DNA of 64,000 nucleotides from Podospora anserina (taxonomy: Eukaryota): contig CM030335.1 of assembly GCA_017654855.1 (NCBI GenBank), positions 2,852,001-2,916,000 on the forward strand, read 5' to 3'. The notes beneath the pieces are model-generated. The model searched no databases. It was not told where the DNA came from and saw only the letters and a list, made by a program, of their open reading frames with translations. A program made the translations under genes and the position numbers. Shown here piece by piece: positions 38,760 through 50,715 of the stretch. Numbering within the stretch: the stretch's first letter is position 1; each line of letters opens with the position of its first letter.

Positions 38760-41700
38760 ATGGCCGATAACGTTCCCGCTGAGCCCTCAGCTGCTAGCCA
38801 GCTCTTGCAACAGCATGCCACGCACCACGTAACGGTCGAGGATGTGGTAGACGAAGAGCTCCCACCCAAGTCTGCTGCCAGCACTGAGGCTACCACCACG
38901 GAGTCTGCCCCCCCAGCAGCCGCACCAAATCCTGCGAAGGCCAACATTGCTACCCAGTCCCGTGAGCTTTTCCCAGAACTCGGGACTGCACCCGCTCCTG
39001 TTGCCCGTCCCACCGGTATCTGGGCCAAGAGAACCGGTGCCAATGGCACAAGCGAAAGCAATGGCACTCCTACAACATCTGCACCTCCCTCCGGTGCAAC
39101 GACTCCTACTCCCCTGGCTGTCAGGGGCCCTGCGAATATCTCGATCCCAGGCCGCAATGTTGAGTACACGCTTTTGGAACCTCAACACGTGCTTCCTCGT
39201 GCCCAGCTGAAGAAACCCCTGCCAGACATCGCCAAGGACTTTAACCGTAGGTCGCGGGCACCTATCAAGGTCAGCACCATGGCGGATGGCAAGGTCAGGG
39301 TTGAGGCTACTGGCGCCCAGGATATTGCGACCCAGGCTCTGAAGGACTTCATCAACCAGATCGGCACTAAGCTCTCCATCAAGGTGTCGATTCCCCGTTC
39401 TACCAGGGCCCATGTCATCGGCAAGGGCGGTTCCACCATCAAGGCCCTGCAGGAGAAGACTGGCGCCCGGATCCAGATGCCTAGGGTAGAGGATGCTCCT
39501 GCGGCCGCTGAGGATGAGGACGATGACAGCACGATCGATGTTTTGATCGAGGGCAACTCCCAGCAGGCTGCTGCTGCCCGTAACGCCATTTTGAAGATTG
39601 CTGGTGAACGGGCTGCCAACGTCAACACACGCCTCAAGGGCATCCCTGCCGAGTTCTTTCCCTTCATTGCCAAGAACGGCCTGATCAGCAGCCTGGAACA
39701 GGGTAAAGATCTTCAGGTCCAGGTGCCTTCGCACCCCGTCCGGGTGCCTCACCCGCCAGAGGCGCCTCAGGGTGGACAGCCTCCCGTCTTCTATCCCGCT
39801 GTTGACAACTTCATCCAGCTCACTGGTGAGCGCGATGCTGTCAGGGCTGCCAAGGAGCAGATTGAAAGACGTGCCGAGGAGCTCCGCCAGCAACTCGCCG
39901 TCGACCAGTTCTCTCTCAACAAGGGACGTCATCAGTTCATTGTTGGCGATAAGGGCATTCCTCAGGATCAGTTCTTCGACCAGACCGGATGCATTGTTGT
40001 CTTGCCCGCCGACGATGAGGACGAGACCGTCACCATTATCGGGCCTTCTGACAAGATCACTCCCGCCTCCGACGTGGCTATGGATCTCGCTATGAACATG
40101 CAGAGCTCCAACCTTGATATCACTCGTTACTTCCGCCAGGTTCCTTCTGCTGCTGCCCATGCCCGCAACGTCACCCGCTATCTCCGCGAGAGAAAAGAGA
40201 TTGAGCGTCTGGAGAAGCTGCACCATGTGCACTTCAACACTCCTTTCAATGCCAACGGCGCTCTTCCTTGGGAGCTCTATGCTCGTGATGGCAAGAATGC
40301 TATCCGGGCTTCCAACGAAGTCAAGGGCATCGTCGAGGGCCACCCTCCAGCCCGCATTGCGACGGCTGCGGTCGACCCCTTCTTCCACGCCTACCTGCAG
40401 AAGGAGGCTAGACCCAAGGTTAGACAAGATTATGGTGTCCACCTTGTGATCCCCCAAGGCTCTGAGGCCGACTCCCCTCTTCTTCTTGTCTACGAGGGCC
40501 GCACAAGCCCTGATTCCTACGAGATTCCTCGCGCTCAGCCCAGCCAGGCCGATCTGCTCGAAATGCAAAAGTGGCTCAGCGAGGCCCAAGCCTATATCAC
40601 TGGCTTGATCGCCAAGCAGGATCCCTTGACTGCCGCTACCATGGAAGTTCCCACCAAGTTCCATGAGAAGTTGCGCAGATTCATCAAGAAGGAGCAGGAG
40701 AATCGCCCCGAGAACCAGATCCCTGTGCGCGTGTCGAACACTGGGTCGATCATCAACTTCCGAGGTCCTAGCTCTGCCGTGGAGTCGCTTGTGGCTAAGT
40801 GCCAGGCCTTCATTGAACAGGAGAAGGAGGACGAGAAGGAGCGCGGGTTCATCTTGGAGTTTGAATTCCCCCAGAAGTTTGCCAACCACCTCATTGGCAA
40901 GGGTGGAAGCAACATTCGGGAACTCCGCGACAAGTTCGACGTTGATATCCAGGTCAATGACGGGAAGGTTCAGCTCAAGGGTCCCAAGGCCAAGGCCGAG
41001 GCCGCCAGAGCTCATATCTCTGCTCTCGGCCGTCAGCTCCAGGACGAGGCTACTCACGTTTTGAAGATCGAGCCCAAGTTCCACCGCGAGCTTATCGGCG
41101 CCCAGGGCGCCCAGATCAACCGTCTCCAGACCCGCTACAAGGTCATCATTAACTTCCCTCGCACTGCTAAGCCTGCCAAGGACGACGAATCCGTTGCGGA
41201 TTCGAGCGATGCCGGGAAGCACCGTCGTCAACAGGCCCCTGATGAGGTCATCGTTAGAGGTCCCAAGCGCGGAGCTGATGAGGCCCGTGATGAGATTCTC
41301 TCGCTGTTGCAGTATCTCAAGGATACCTCCTTCACCGACTCTATCACTTTCCAGCAGAAGCAGCTTCCTTCCTTGATTGGATCTGGAGGAGCTGTGTTGG
41401 AGCAGCTTCGCCAGTCCAGTGGTGCCAGGATTGACATCCCCAGCGCCAAGGAAGATGCTGACGCTGAGGTTGAGATCCAGATCAAGGGTACCAAGGCCCA
41501 GGTTGCTGCTGCCAAGAAGGCTCTTCAGGAGAAGAAGGCCGTGTTTGATGACACTGTAGTCAAGACCATCGATGTTGATCGCAAGTACCACAAAGCTCTT
41601 ATCGGGACTGGCGGTAAGTATTGATACATGAGTATGCCCTTTGAAAAATGTTTACTGACGGTTACAGGTGCCAATCTGCGGGACATCGTCGTCAAGGCTG

Positions 41701-42644
41701 GCGGTTCCGATGACCGCCGCGAGCTTGCCCGCGCCATTCAATTCCCCAAGCAGGATACTGACGGAAACACTATCAAGGTCGAGGGCCGCACCGAGGTTGT
41801 CGACAAGATCATTGCGCAGATCCAGGCTATTGTGTCGGAGCGCGAGAGCCAGGTTACCGAGGTTCTCGAGGTGCCTGTTGAGAAGCACAGATCTTTGATT
41901 GGCCGCGGCGGTGACATCAAGCGCGGTCTTGAGAACCAATTCAAGGTCTCGATTGATATTCCTCGCCAGGGAAGCGGTCAGACTGGTGTCAAGATTGCCG
42001 GCCAGGCTCCCGATGTTGAGAAGGCCAAGGCTCACATCGAGTCTCTGGTCAAGGAGCAGCAGGGCGAGACTGTGCAGGTTCCTCGTGCTCTCCACCACGC
42101 CGTCTCAAACAATGGTCAAATCTTCCGCAAGTTCAGAAACGATTTCGGTGTTACTGTCGACCATGCTGGCCAGGCCGTCCCACCCAGACCTGCGGCTCCA
42201 GATGCCCGCTCCAACGGTGCCCTTCCTTTGATCACTGACGACGAGGAAACCACTGCCGATGCTCACTCCTGGAAGGTTGTCGAAAGCGGATCGTCGTCCG
42301 AGGAGGGTGAGATTCCATGGGTCCTTCGCGGCTCCCCTGAAAGCATCGAGAAGGCCAAGAAGGCCATCGAGGCTGCGCTGGAACAGGCCAAGAAGCAGGA
42401 TGCCACAGGCTACTTAATCCTGCCTGATCCCCGCACGTACCGCTTCGTTATTGGTCAGGGCGGCAGCAAGGTCAACTCCATCCGCAAGCAGAGCGGTTGC
42501 AAGATCACCGTTCCCCGTGACCAAGCTAAGGGTGAGGCCATCGAGGTTGTTGGCAGCAAGGAGGGTGTTGAGAAGGCCAAGGATTTGATTCTGGCTGCCG
42601 TTAAGGAAGGTATTGCCAGCAGATCTGCGCCTAGGGAGCAGTAA
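38760..42644 (+). CDS. SCP160: Multi-KH-domain RNA-binding protein, vigilin/Scp160
   Basis: Repeated KH GxxG loops (VIGKGGS, LIGKGGS, LIGAQGA, LIGSGGA, LIGTGG, LIGRGG, VIGQGGS); PAM2-like 'SRELFPELG' near the N-terminus; intron 41614-41667; strong codon bias. Confidence 0.95.
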
Positions 42645-44778
42645 ATTGTTTTCTTTGATGGTCACTAATGATTTGGGAGGCAAACGGTAGTTACGAAAAG
42701 TTGCTGAACTGGGGGCGTGGGGGCGAAGGGGGCTATTAAGGAAGGTTGAAGAAGGCGAAAATGGGGAATATTCGCTCGATAATATCTTGAGGTGTTTGCC
42801 TTTTTTTTTTATCATGTTGAAAAATTACGGCACTTGGGCGGATGGTTTGCCTGATGCTATTCCGGAGGGGGTTGATGTGTCGTATAAATATTTTTAGCTA
42901 TGTCATGAATATTGTTTTTGTATGTTTAAAGAAGAAAAGTGGGGTTGGCTGGTATGATAGGGTGGATGAGGTTGTGTATATCATTTAGGAATCCATACTC
43001 TTCTGCTTATGTCGTTTCCACATTCAATTTTGTGTGCTGATATCTCCAAACTTTCCATCTGTTCTGGTATATTTAGCTACATAGGGATCAGAAAATCTCA
43101 ACATAGTCAGTTCCTACATGATGATGAGGATCCGTAAAGAGAATGGCCTCTCTGGATTTACGCTTGTCCTCGTTTCCTGTCAGCGTGTGAACTGGGCCGC
43201 AATATCAGTAGTTTGGTATGAGGTTATGTGCTAGGTTTCTTGTCTTTTTGTCTCGTGTTCAATCAGTTAACTTGCGATTCGCTTTCCACATTCTAGGTAA
43301 ACAAAAATTTGATTCTGGCTTTTGTTTCTGATGATTATGTATGTTTGGTTCAATGGCCAGAATATTGAGTATGACTTTGATGATGAGCATCCAACCTCTA
43401 CCCTATCTTGTTATTTCTCGAGATCAATGTTGGGCTCTTTTGTTCAGAACTCTGAGAGATGATAATTTGTTGAGAGTTGAAGTCGAGTTTCTTGTTGTCT
43501 GGGGCTGCTTGGTGGGAAGAATATGGTTGAGGTTAATGAACGCTGTTTGCCTTGTCTTGCTGTTTCGGAGGGGAACACCTTACCTATGGCTGTGCTGTTG
43601 ATATGAGTCCGGAGGTGGATTGGATGATGATGGGGTGGGTAGGTGTTTTTTGCCGCCCTTCTTGGGGCTTGGTTGGAAGAGAAGATTCCGAATGTGCTGT
43701 ATAAAGTGGATCTCTTCGTGATAATTGTGGTGGCTTGAATCACCTAGGCGTATGAAGCCTTACAGGCTGATAGACGAGGGGCCTGATCATCTCGCTTGAG
43801 ATGTTTACCTCCCCCTTCTGGTCTGGCGGAGATGAGCTAATGTTCATACGAGGTTTCTTTCCTGTGGCTGTGCTTCTAGGTAGGTAGCTGTCTAGGCTTT
43901 GTACGAGTGTGTGGCTGATCATGAAGAGGCGTGAAATCTTTGGTCAGCCTCAGGTAGGTGTCTTGTTGAAGATGAAGTCTTTTGTCGTTGATGATGCGTG
44001 GAGATGAGTGCTGGGGCGTAGGTACCTCAGGTTTGCCCGCAGGGGGCTTCATGGCTGTGCTATAGGATAATATGACTGGGCTTGATACGTGGCCGGTGCC
44101 GTAGGTAGTCTGAGAGGTAAGAGGGTATGTGGTCTTTGCCCGGCAGATCTTCCTGGTTAGGTATCTCGTTCGATTGGTGATATCTTATGATGAGGATCTA
44201 CGTCTGCCTTAGGCTGGTATTGGAAGCAAGAAGGAGGGCTGTGTTTGCATATGTAAGAGAGACTTGCATAGGGCAAACTGTTCACCAAGGTTAGTCTCTT
44301 ACATCTTCTCAAGATGGGATGTGTGTGGTCGACCTGGAGTTGTATGAGGAATGATTTGATAGTCTAGAGTGAGCTTGTGTAACTTCTGCCTGCTTACGTA
44401 CATGTCCTCCTGCATATAGACAATGGCTATGCCAGCCCTATGCCCTGCTTTTCCCTCCATAGTAAAAAATTGTCAGTTTGTGGAGATACATCTCCGTGAA
44501 ACTCAGATCCTGGGAGGGCCTGATGTAGCCTGTCGGACTACTGTGCTACTGTTCTGGCCCCCCTTTTGACTGCTGTGTCAGACACGTACGTATCGTCAAT
44601 CATGGCTGTGTTTCCTCTTTGCTCCAGTCATTTCACCTTTTGGGGTTATGATCGAAAATATCTGATCTCTTATTCGTCCCTATTAGCTACGGGACTGTAT
44701 GTTTCATTGGTCAATGACCTGAAATAAGTAAGTGACCGCCTCCCCGTTGAGGGTATTCACCCGTCGTGATGCATGGCT

Positions 44779-45150
44779 ATCATGGCTGAGCTACATGTTT
44801 GCATAAACCCACCTTACCTCGCTTGCCTAACCTATGAGCTGACGAGCCAGCGGTTGTTGTACGACGTGTTCGATGTCCCATCCAGCTGTCGGTCACATAG
44901 CTTGGGAAATCCCCCTTCTCAGCCTGGTGAGTAGGGTAGTTCGGTATGCCATCCAGATGCAGGTTCGACGCTGGAATCATGGCTGAGTGTTTGCATAAGC
45001 TCGCCTACTTTCATCATCAGGCAAGCGAGTTACAGGTTAACACCTAATGTCCGGTGCGAACGTGTGTTCAACAGCCTGTAGATTGTCGATCAATGACGGA
45101 GGTAACAAATCTCTTTTCTCTCAGCCTGACATTATACGTAAGTCCTTCTC
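44779..45150. repeat. Diverged ~197-bp tandem duplication
   Basis: Both copies (44779, 44976) begin ATCATGGCTGAG..TGTTTGCATAA and share, in order, ACGTG(TG)TTC, TGTCG(G/A)TCA and AAATC..TTCTC(TC)AGCCTG. Confidence 0.7.
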
Positions 45151-48100
45151 ATTGGTGGCCTTGCAAGTCTCGTGATATGAGTGTGGGTGTGCGACCTACA
45201 TAGGCGGCCACACCCTGTTTCTCACCGCTGATTTCAAGTAGATGGCAGTAAAAAGACAGGCCCAAAAAAGGACTACCTAATCTGTGCTGACTTAGAGACC
45301 GGAATGTCTGTTTGCGGGGTGGGTGGCCGCCCGTGAGCAGGCCTAGTGTTAATGAAACGGCGAGCGGATGATGCTATCATTTGCTCGTTGACAAACCTCA
45401 ATCTTGGCCGTTCGGTGTTGCTTTTGGGTTAGTGAATGGAGGCTCAAAACTGCGAGAGATTGTACTCGTCATGAAGGAAAAGGAGCGGTCAGTATCCGAG
45501 AGGAGATGAGAGTCTTGGTGGAAATTAAGCGCTTTTGGCGGTTGTGGTGAGGAGGCTCTTGTCGAGAAGGGAGTTGAAGAAGGCTCATGGTTTGCCATCA
45601 AAAAAAAGTCCGGAAAGAGACATTCGGTGAGATCTGATGTGAGTGTCCAAGATTTACGATCTGGCAAATGGTAGATGCTCTGTTTACTTGAGAAAAGGAG
45701 CCCCCTAAACCTAGCATGAGATACGGCAGGGCAACCGCGGCAGGCATCGGGCCTGGGCGATTGTGCATTTTGACTGCCGTTCTAGAAACAAGATCTTGAT
45801 CTGGCCGGTTGCCCTGAGCCGAGTCAGTCTTGGAAACCGCCTTCTTTTCGTCGTTTGATCATGTGTGAGATTGATTGGTGTCTCCTCCTGTCTTCTTCTA
45901 AATCGGTGTACTGTCCTTCATTTAGTGAGATCTTGGCAAGAATGTCATTCCATCCTCTTGCAAGCCTCAGAATCATGAACTGGCAAGAAAGGTGCACCCG
46001 ATAGCTGGATACCTACCTAAAGAGGCAGCGCAGGGCAAGAACCACCAAGAGAAGGCATTCGGAGAAGGCAGCCAGCTCAACACCAAGCGGCAGGCCCAAG
46101 GACTCCTGCAGGGCCGACTTCCCCGCGGCGTCCATCCCACCTCGTGCGGTCTCGTCCTCTTCCCGTAAGGCAGCGTGCGGATCAGCGGCGCAACAGATAT
46201 GCTTAAACTCTCGGCGTTGGGGGCGTCGGGATATTCGAAACAAATAGCAGCGCGAATTGCGCCGGGATACCCAATTCGTGGGGTCCGGCCTCTCTCAGCT
46301 CATGAAATGACTTCTGGAATCTATCCATAGCTGGGCATCTCAGGCAGTCGTCGTACGAGAAAAGTGCAGCTATTCCCGCACGTCCAGGGCACAGCTTAGT
46401 CGAGAGAGAATGCGTTTCAGGCCGCTGCAAAGCAATCGTGATAGGGAGGCTTTTTGACTGCCTCTTTCTGGAAGGTGATACGACCCAAGATGCGTTGCCT
46501 GTTGTCTGGATGTGGCTGTAAGAGGGGATGAGAGCGTGAAAATGACGGCAAAAGGCGAAAATATGGTGGTGAGTTGAAGAAAGAAGAAGGGCGAGGTTGT
46601 TCGGTAGTTGGTTGGTTCTGCCGAAACTACGCCCGCCAAGGTTAACTTTTGGTCTACTTGGAATGCAGGTTCGTCGTTAGGTGCGGAAAGCGAAGAAGGC
46701 ATCATGACGTTGTCTGAAGATTCAAAGCCACATCTCATTTGACTGCATCGAGCCTAGATGACAGTTTCGGGTGTATTCAACAGCTGGCCAGTGACGGCCG
46801 ATACTCTGAAAGTTCAAGGTACGAAAAGCCGCGGGGATCGGCTTGCTCCTGTAGATCCTGCTGGCGACCTTGACGGAACAGGAAGTGGTGTGTGTGTTCG
46901 TGTGACTCTGAGGTGAAGAGACCTATTCAAGGTGGGTTGATGTCGTTGCTTTAGCTAAGCTTTCTAACTCCCAGTGACGATGACTACGGTTTCCCTGTGC
47001 GTTGTCATGTATGTGCCCTGCATTTAAGGGAACAAGTCTTTTATGGGTTGGGTATCAATCAGGTACAACGGCATACGCGCCCCTTTTGACGACGTCCCAA
47101 TTCACCGGTCCGAAACTTCTTGCGAAGACTTGCAGCTCACCGAAGAATGAGTTGTATCGCGGGTTCCCGCATGTGAGTCCCGAGGGAGCATGACCGTTCT
47201 CATCGATTCGTTGAATTGAGGCGAAAATGGTAGTAGTAAATACTGGTACCGGTGTCACGTATCAATATCTAGCAGCCAATCCAGTATATGAGGGGTTCCC
47301 CCAATTGAGGCTGGCTGTGGACGTGTACACCGGGACTCCGAGGCCCTGAAGCTGATTCGCCGCTAGATCGAAAAGGGGGGTGTTGTTGTCACTGCGGGAG
47401 CATGCCACTCAAGCTGTGACGGGACGAAACACTCAAATCGAGCCAAATCTCAGATGGGCATTCGCCTGTGAGGGGGAGGCTCATAAAGCCTTGTCAAGTC
47501 TTTTGGCTTCCGTCTGCCGCTGGCCCTCACGGCCCGCGTTTGGCACCTTTCCGACCCTCCTTCCCCAGGTCTGGCGTCATCTCCCTGACCAAGACTGGTC
47601 TTGGTAGACAAGCTAGCAAAATTGCTCGCAGCCACCCCGAAATGCCTCGATATGCCCTTTGCAAGTGTTTTTTGAGAGGCTCTCTGCCTGAGCCTCATCA
47701 TTGTCAATGACATTGGGAAATGATGGAACTTGGTGGAGGTCAACTAACAGCATCAAAGCCGATGTGCCTTTTCTGGATTTTGCTGGATGTCGCCGCCGTC
47801 CTACCGGCGTTTTACACACCACCACAGCCTTGTTTATCTGAGCCCCGCGAGCATTTGATTCCTCGACAGTGCCGCCAAGTGGCCACTGCGAGGCTCTCCT
47901 GTCTTCCGCTATTGGCTGCCTTGACCTGTATGAGAACCCCCAACGCAGCTGCATGACTTCCTGCTCAGCCCAGGTTGATGTATCGGCCTGGAGATAGACG
48001 GACCACGTCAATCGTCTTTGATCTGCAGAAAGACAGCCGCTGGTCCGTCTATATCACTTCGTGTATGGCCGCCATTGACCAAGTGGACGATGAAGAAGAC

Positions 48101-48261
48101 AACCAGTTCAAGATCGTCGTCTTCTCATCCAAGAGAAACAACACATCATTCTTTCGACAGCCTCGTCCGTGTGGTTTGTTCAAACCTAGAAGTCCGAAAG
48201 ACAATCGTGTCAAATCAGCAACCATCCCATTTTCAATCAGACTCGCCACTTGCTGCCCATC

Positions 48262-49103
48262 ATGACGAAGCCGTGGGAACAGTACCGTGAGATCATCATA
48301 GCGGAGTATCGGGACAACAGGAAGCCACTCCATGAGGTCAAGAAGCTCATGGAGCAGCAGTACCGGTTCAAGGCGTCGTATGTTGCCCTCCCTCGGTCCT
48401 TTGAGATGTGGTGATTGTCCGTCCCTACGGATCATCATCTGATCTTGTGTTCATGGCGTCACATACATTAGATGAATATGATATTCTGACCATTCTTAAC
48501 AGTACCCGGGCCTATCGATCGCGGTTCGACAAATGGGGCATCCAGAAGTATTCTCGTCGCAGGCGTGGGAATTCCATGGGTGAGGACGGGGAAGGAGACG
48601 ACACCCGATATCTTTCGCCTAATCAAAGCCCAGAACTCGAAGACAACAGATACCAAGCAAGCTCACCAGCCATGACCCCAGGCGACCTGTACCACCCAGG
48701 ATCCAGCGCGACGACACAGTCGAACGAGTACAGAGAGTGAGTCTTTTGGTTACTGAAAGCTCCATGCTCCAGAAATTCCCGGCCATTTTGCCCATATTTG
48801 GATAGCTAATCTCATCCCGTTAGCCCTTTCATCAAGCCAGAACCCACAGTCCAGTACAGCCAATACAGCATGATACCCATCCATCCGAGTGCCGAGGCAA
48901 ATACCCACCTGTCACCCATCTCATACAATACATATGCGCATCACCAGGCCATTGGTTACCCATCTGACCAGATGTCCACCTATCATCACCGAGCCGGGAA
49001 TGCTCTAGTCTCGGCCCAAACCTCGCCAAATCCCCAGAGCTACCAGGAGCCGTCTGCCGCCCACATGACCTATGGGTACTCATTCGACTACTCCAGGCAC
49101 TGA
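48262..49103 (+). CDS. Clr5-domain protein (small, with disordered S/Y/Q-rich C-terminus)
   Basis: Exon 1 is missed by the ORF track: MTKPWEQYREIIIAEYRDNRKPLHEVKKLMEQQYRFKAS; intron 48378-48502 continues TRAYRSRFDKWGIQKY, the typical Clr5 pattern W..Y..L..V..M..F.A..Y..F.KWG..K; second intron 48737-48823 keeps frame to TGA 49103. Confidence 0.85.
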
Positions 49104-49435
49104 ACCCTGATCGCTTCCGGTTTCTACATGTTTTCCCACAGCACCTCCAACTTCCTTTGTATAAGTCATGTCTCTGATTTCGGTGTCAAAACCTTTTGTA
49201 TTATTAAACTGGTGGTTTCGCAGCCAGGCGTCTCGGGGCAGGTGATCCGCGGAAACAGGACGCGCAGAATAATTCGACAGAAGCGACAGCAAGTTGTGAG
49301 CTACTCGGAGTCCAGGGGACAAAACTTGTTTCATTCTTTGACGTTTGTGGGGGCGTTGAGCTGTTTCTGGAGCAAATCGGGGCTGGTGTGATTATTTCCA
49401 TAGTAGAGTGATAGTCATAGATTCAATCGTCGTTC

Positions 49436-50715
49436 TTAGTCCTCTTCGATGTCTTCCACACGGCGGTTGTTCCTCTCCCTCTTAATGTTGTTTGTGCGTC
49501 CAATGACTATGCTCGCATCGGGGTCGTCATCTTCTTCCTCCTCCTCTTCAACATCTGAGGTTGCGTCGGCATTACGTCTCGAAGCCTCTGCCACTCGCTT
49601 CATTTTCCGAAGCATGACTTCGTCTGGATACAAGTCGGTGATTATCAAGTCCTAAAGAGCAAAAATTAGTATGGGTAGGAAACTCGACACATAACGTGGA
49701 CATGGACCCGTACCTTTGAGCAGCCCGGAACAGGGCATTGTGCCTTGCCACCGGAAGATCGGATGAAAAACATGATGGCATCTTTCTCAAAGGTGTGCTT
49801 GCACTTGTGATTGCTAAATGGCGTTTTGAAGACCTGCAATGACAAGGGGCACTTGAGGTCAACAATTTCACGCTCGACAACAAGATCGTCATCCTCCTGA
49901 ATGTCGACGACATTCTTGACTGGGTTGCCATCCTCGTCAAACCAAGTGGAGGGATCCGGCAGCGGGATCTCGTTGTCCGGGTGCATGGCATCATGCCACG
50001 TCCTCTTGAAAGGAATGTAGTCGTTGTGGACAGCATACTTATCGTAAGCAGATAATCTGGAGTACTCTATCATCTTGACCTTTCGAGCTGTCCTTAGAGC
50101 ATCGATGACACCAACGACTGGGGGCACATCCTCAGCTTCCTCCACCTCTTCGTCCTCGTCGTCGTCGTCGTCATCGTTGGCAGGGCGCCGTTGCTGCCGT
50201 CTCTCTTTTTTAGGTTTCGGTTCAGGTCGAGGCTGCTGAGCCTTGACTGTCACTACCACGGACTCAAGAACTGTTTTGGTATCTTCGAATTCGGCACGAC
50301 AGTCTATTACACGCCGCAAGGCTTGTTCGGATTTGTCTGTCAGTGTGCTGATGGTTGCCTCCAACTCAGCGACATATTCTTCGAGCTCTCTTTCAGCCTC
50401 GCTCTTGTCGTCGACACCTTCTGATCGACGCTTCTCCACATGCCGAGCGAGTTGCCTTCGCCGTTGAAAGAGCAGATCGTTGATACTGCCGACAGCCTTG
50501 ATCAGGTTCTTTGAACATTCGTTGAGGTGTTTTTCGTACTGCCTCGCATCGCTGTCATTTCGCTGAGCTGCGACCAGCCTTTCCAATTTCGCTTTGTTTT
50601 CATCGTTCATCGGAAACGCCGGTGGCTCATACTCGGGCAGGGAGACGTCGTCGGACCCGACCGACGTAGCTGGTGCTGGCTCAGAGGGCCGCGAGCGTTG
50701 CAGTAGACGTGGCAT
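49436..50715 (-). CDS. NSE2: Smc5/6 complex SUMO E3 ligase Nse2/Mms21 (SP-RING)
   Basis: N-terminal coiled coil; DDDLVVERE..DLKCPLSL..CKHTFEKDAI..CPVPGC SP-RING; phase-0 intron 49652-49713. Confidence 0.9.

Noticed and set aside
38787-41591. 934-aa antisense ORF opposite SCP160
   Set aside because: Exact antisense-frame shadow of a highly codon-biased gene; L/V/G/D-rich nonsense composition, no motifs.
43115-43175. ATGATGA C-box-like motif followed by an imperfect hairpin
   Set aside because: No nearby D box with a terminal stem and no rRNA guide I can recognise.
45400-46740. Several short minus-strand ORFs that might be exons of a decayed gene
   Set aside because: Could not build a consistent spliced model or recognise any domain.
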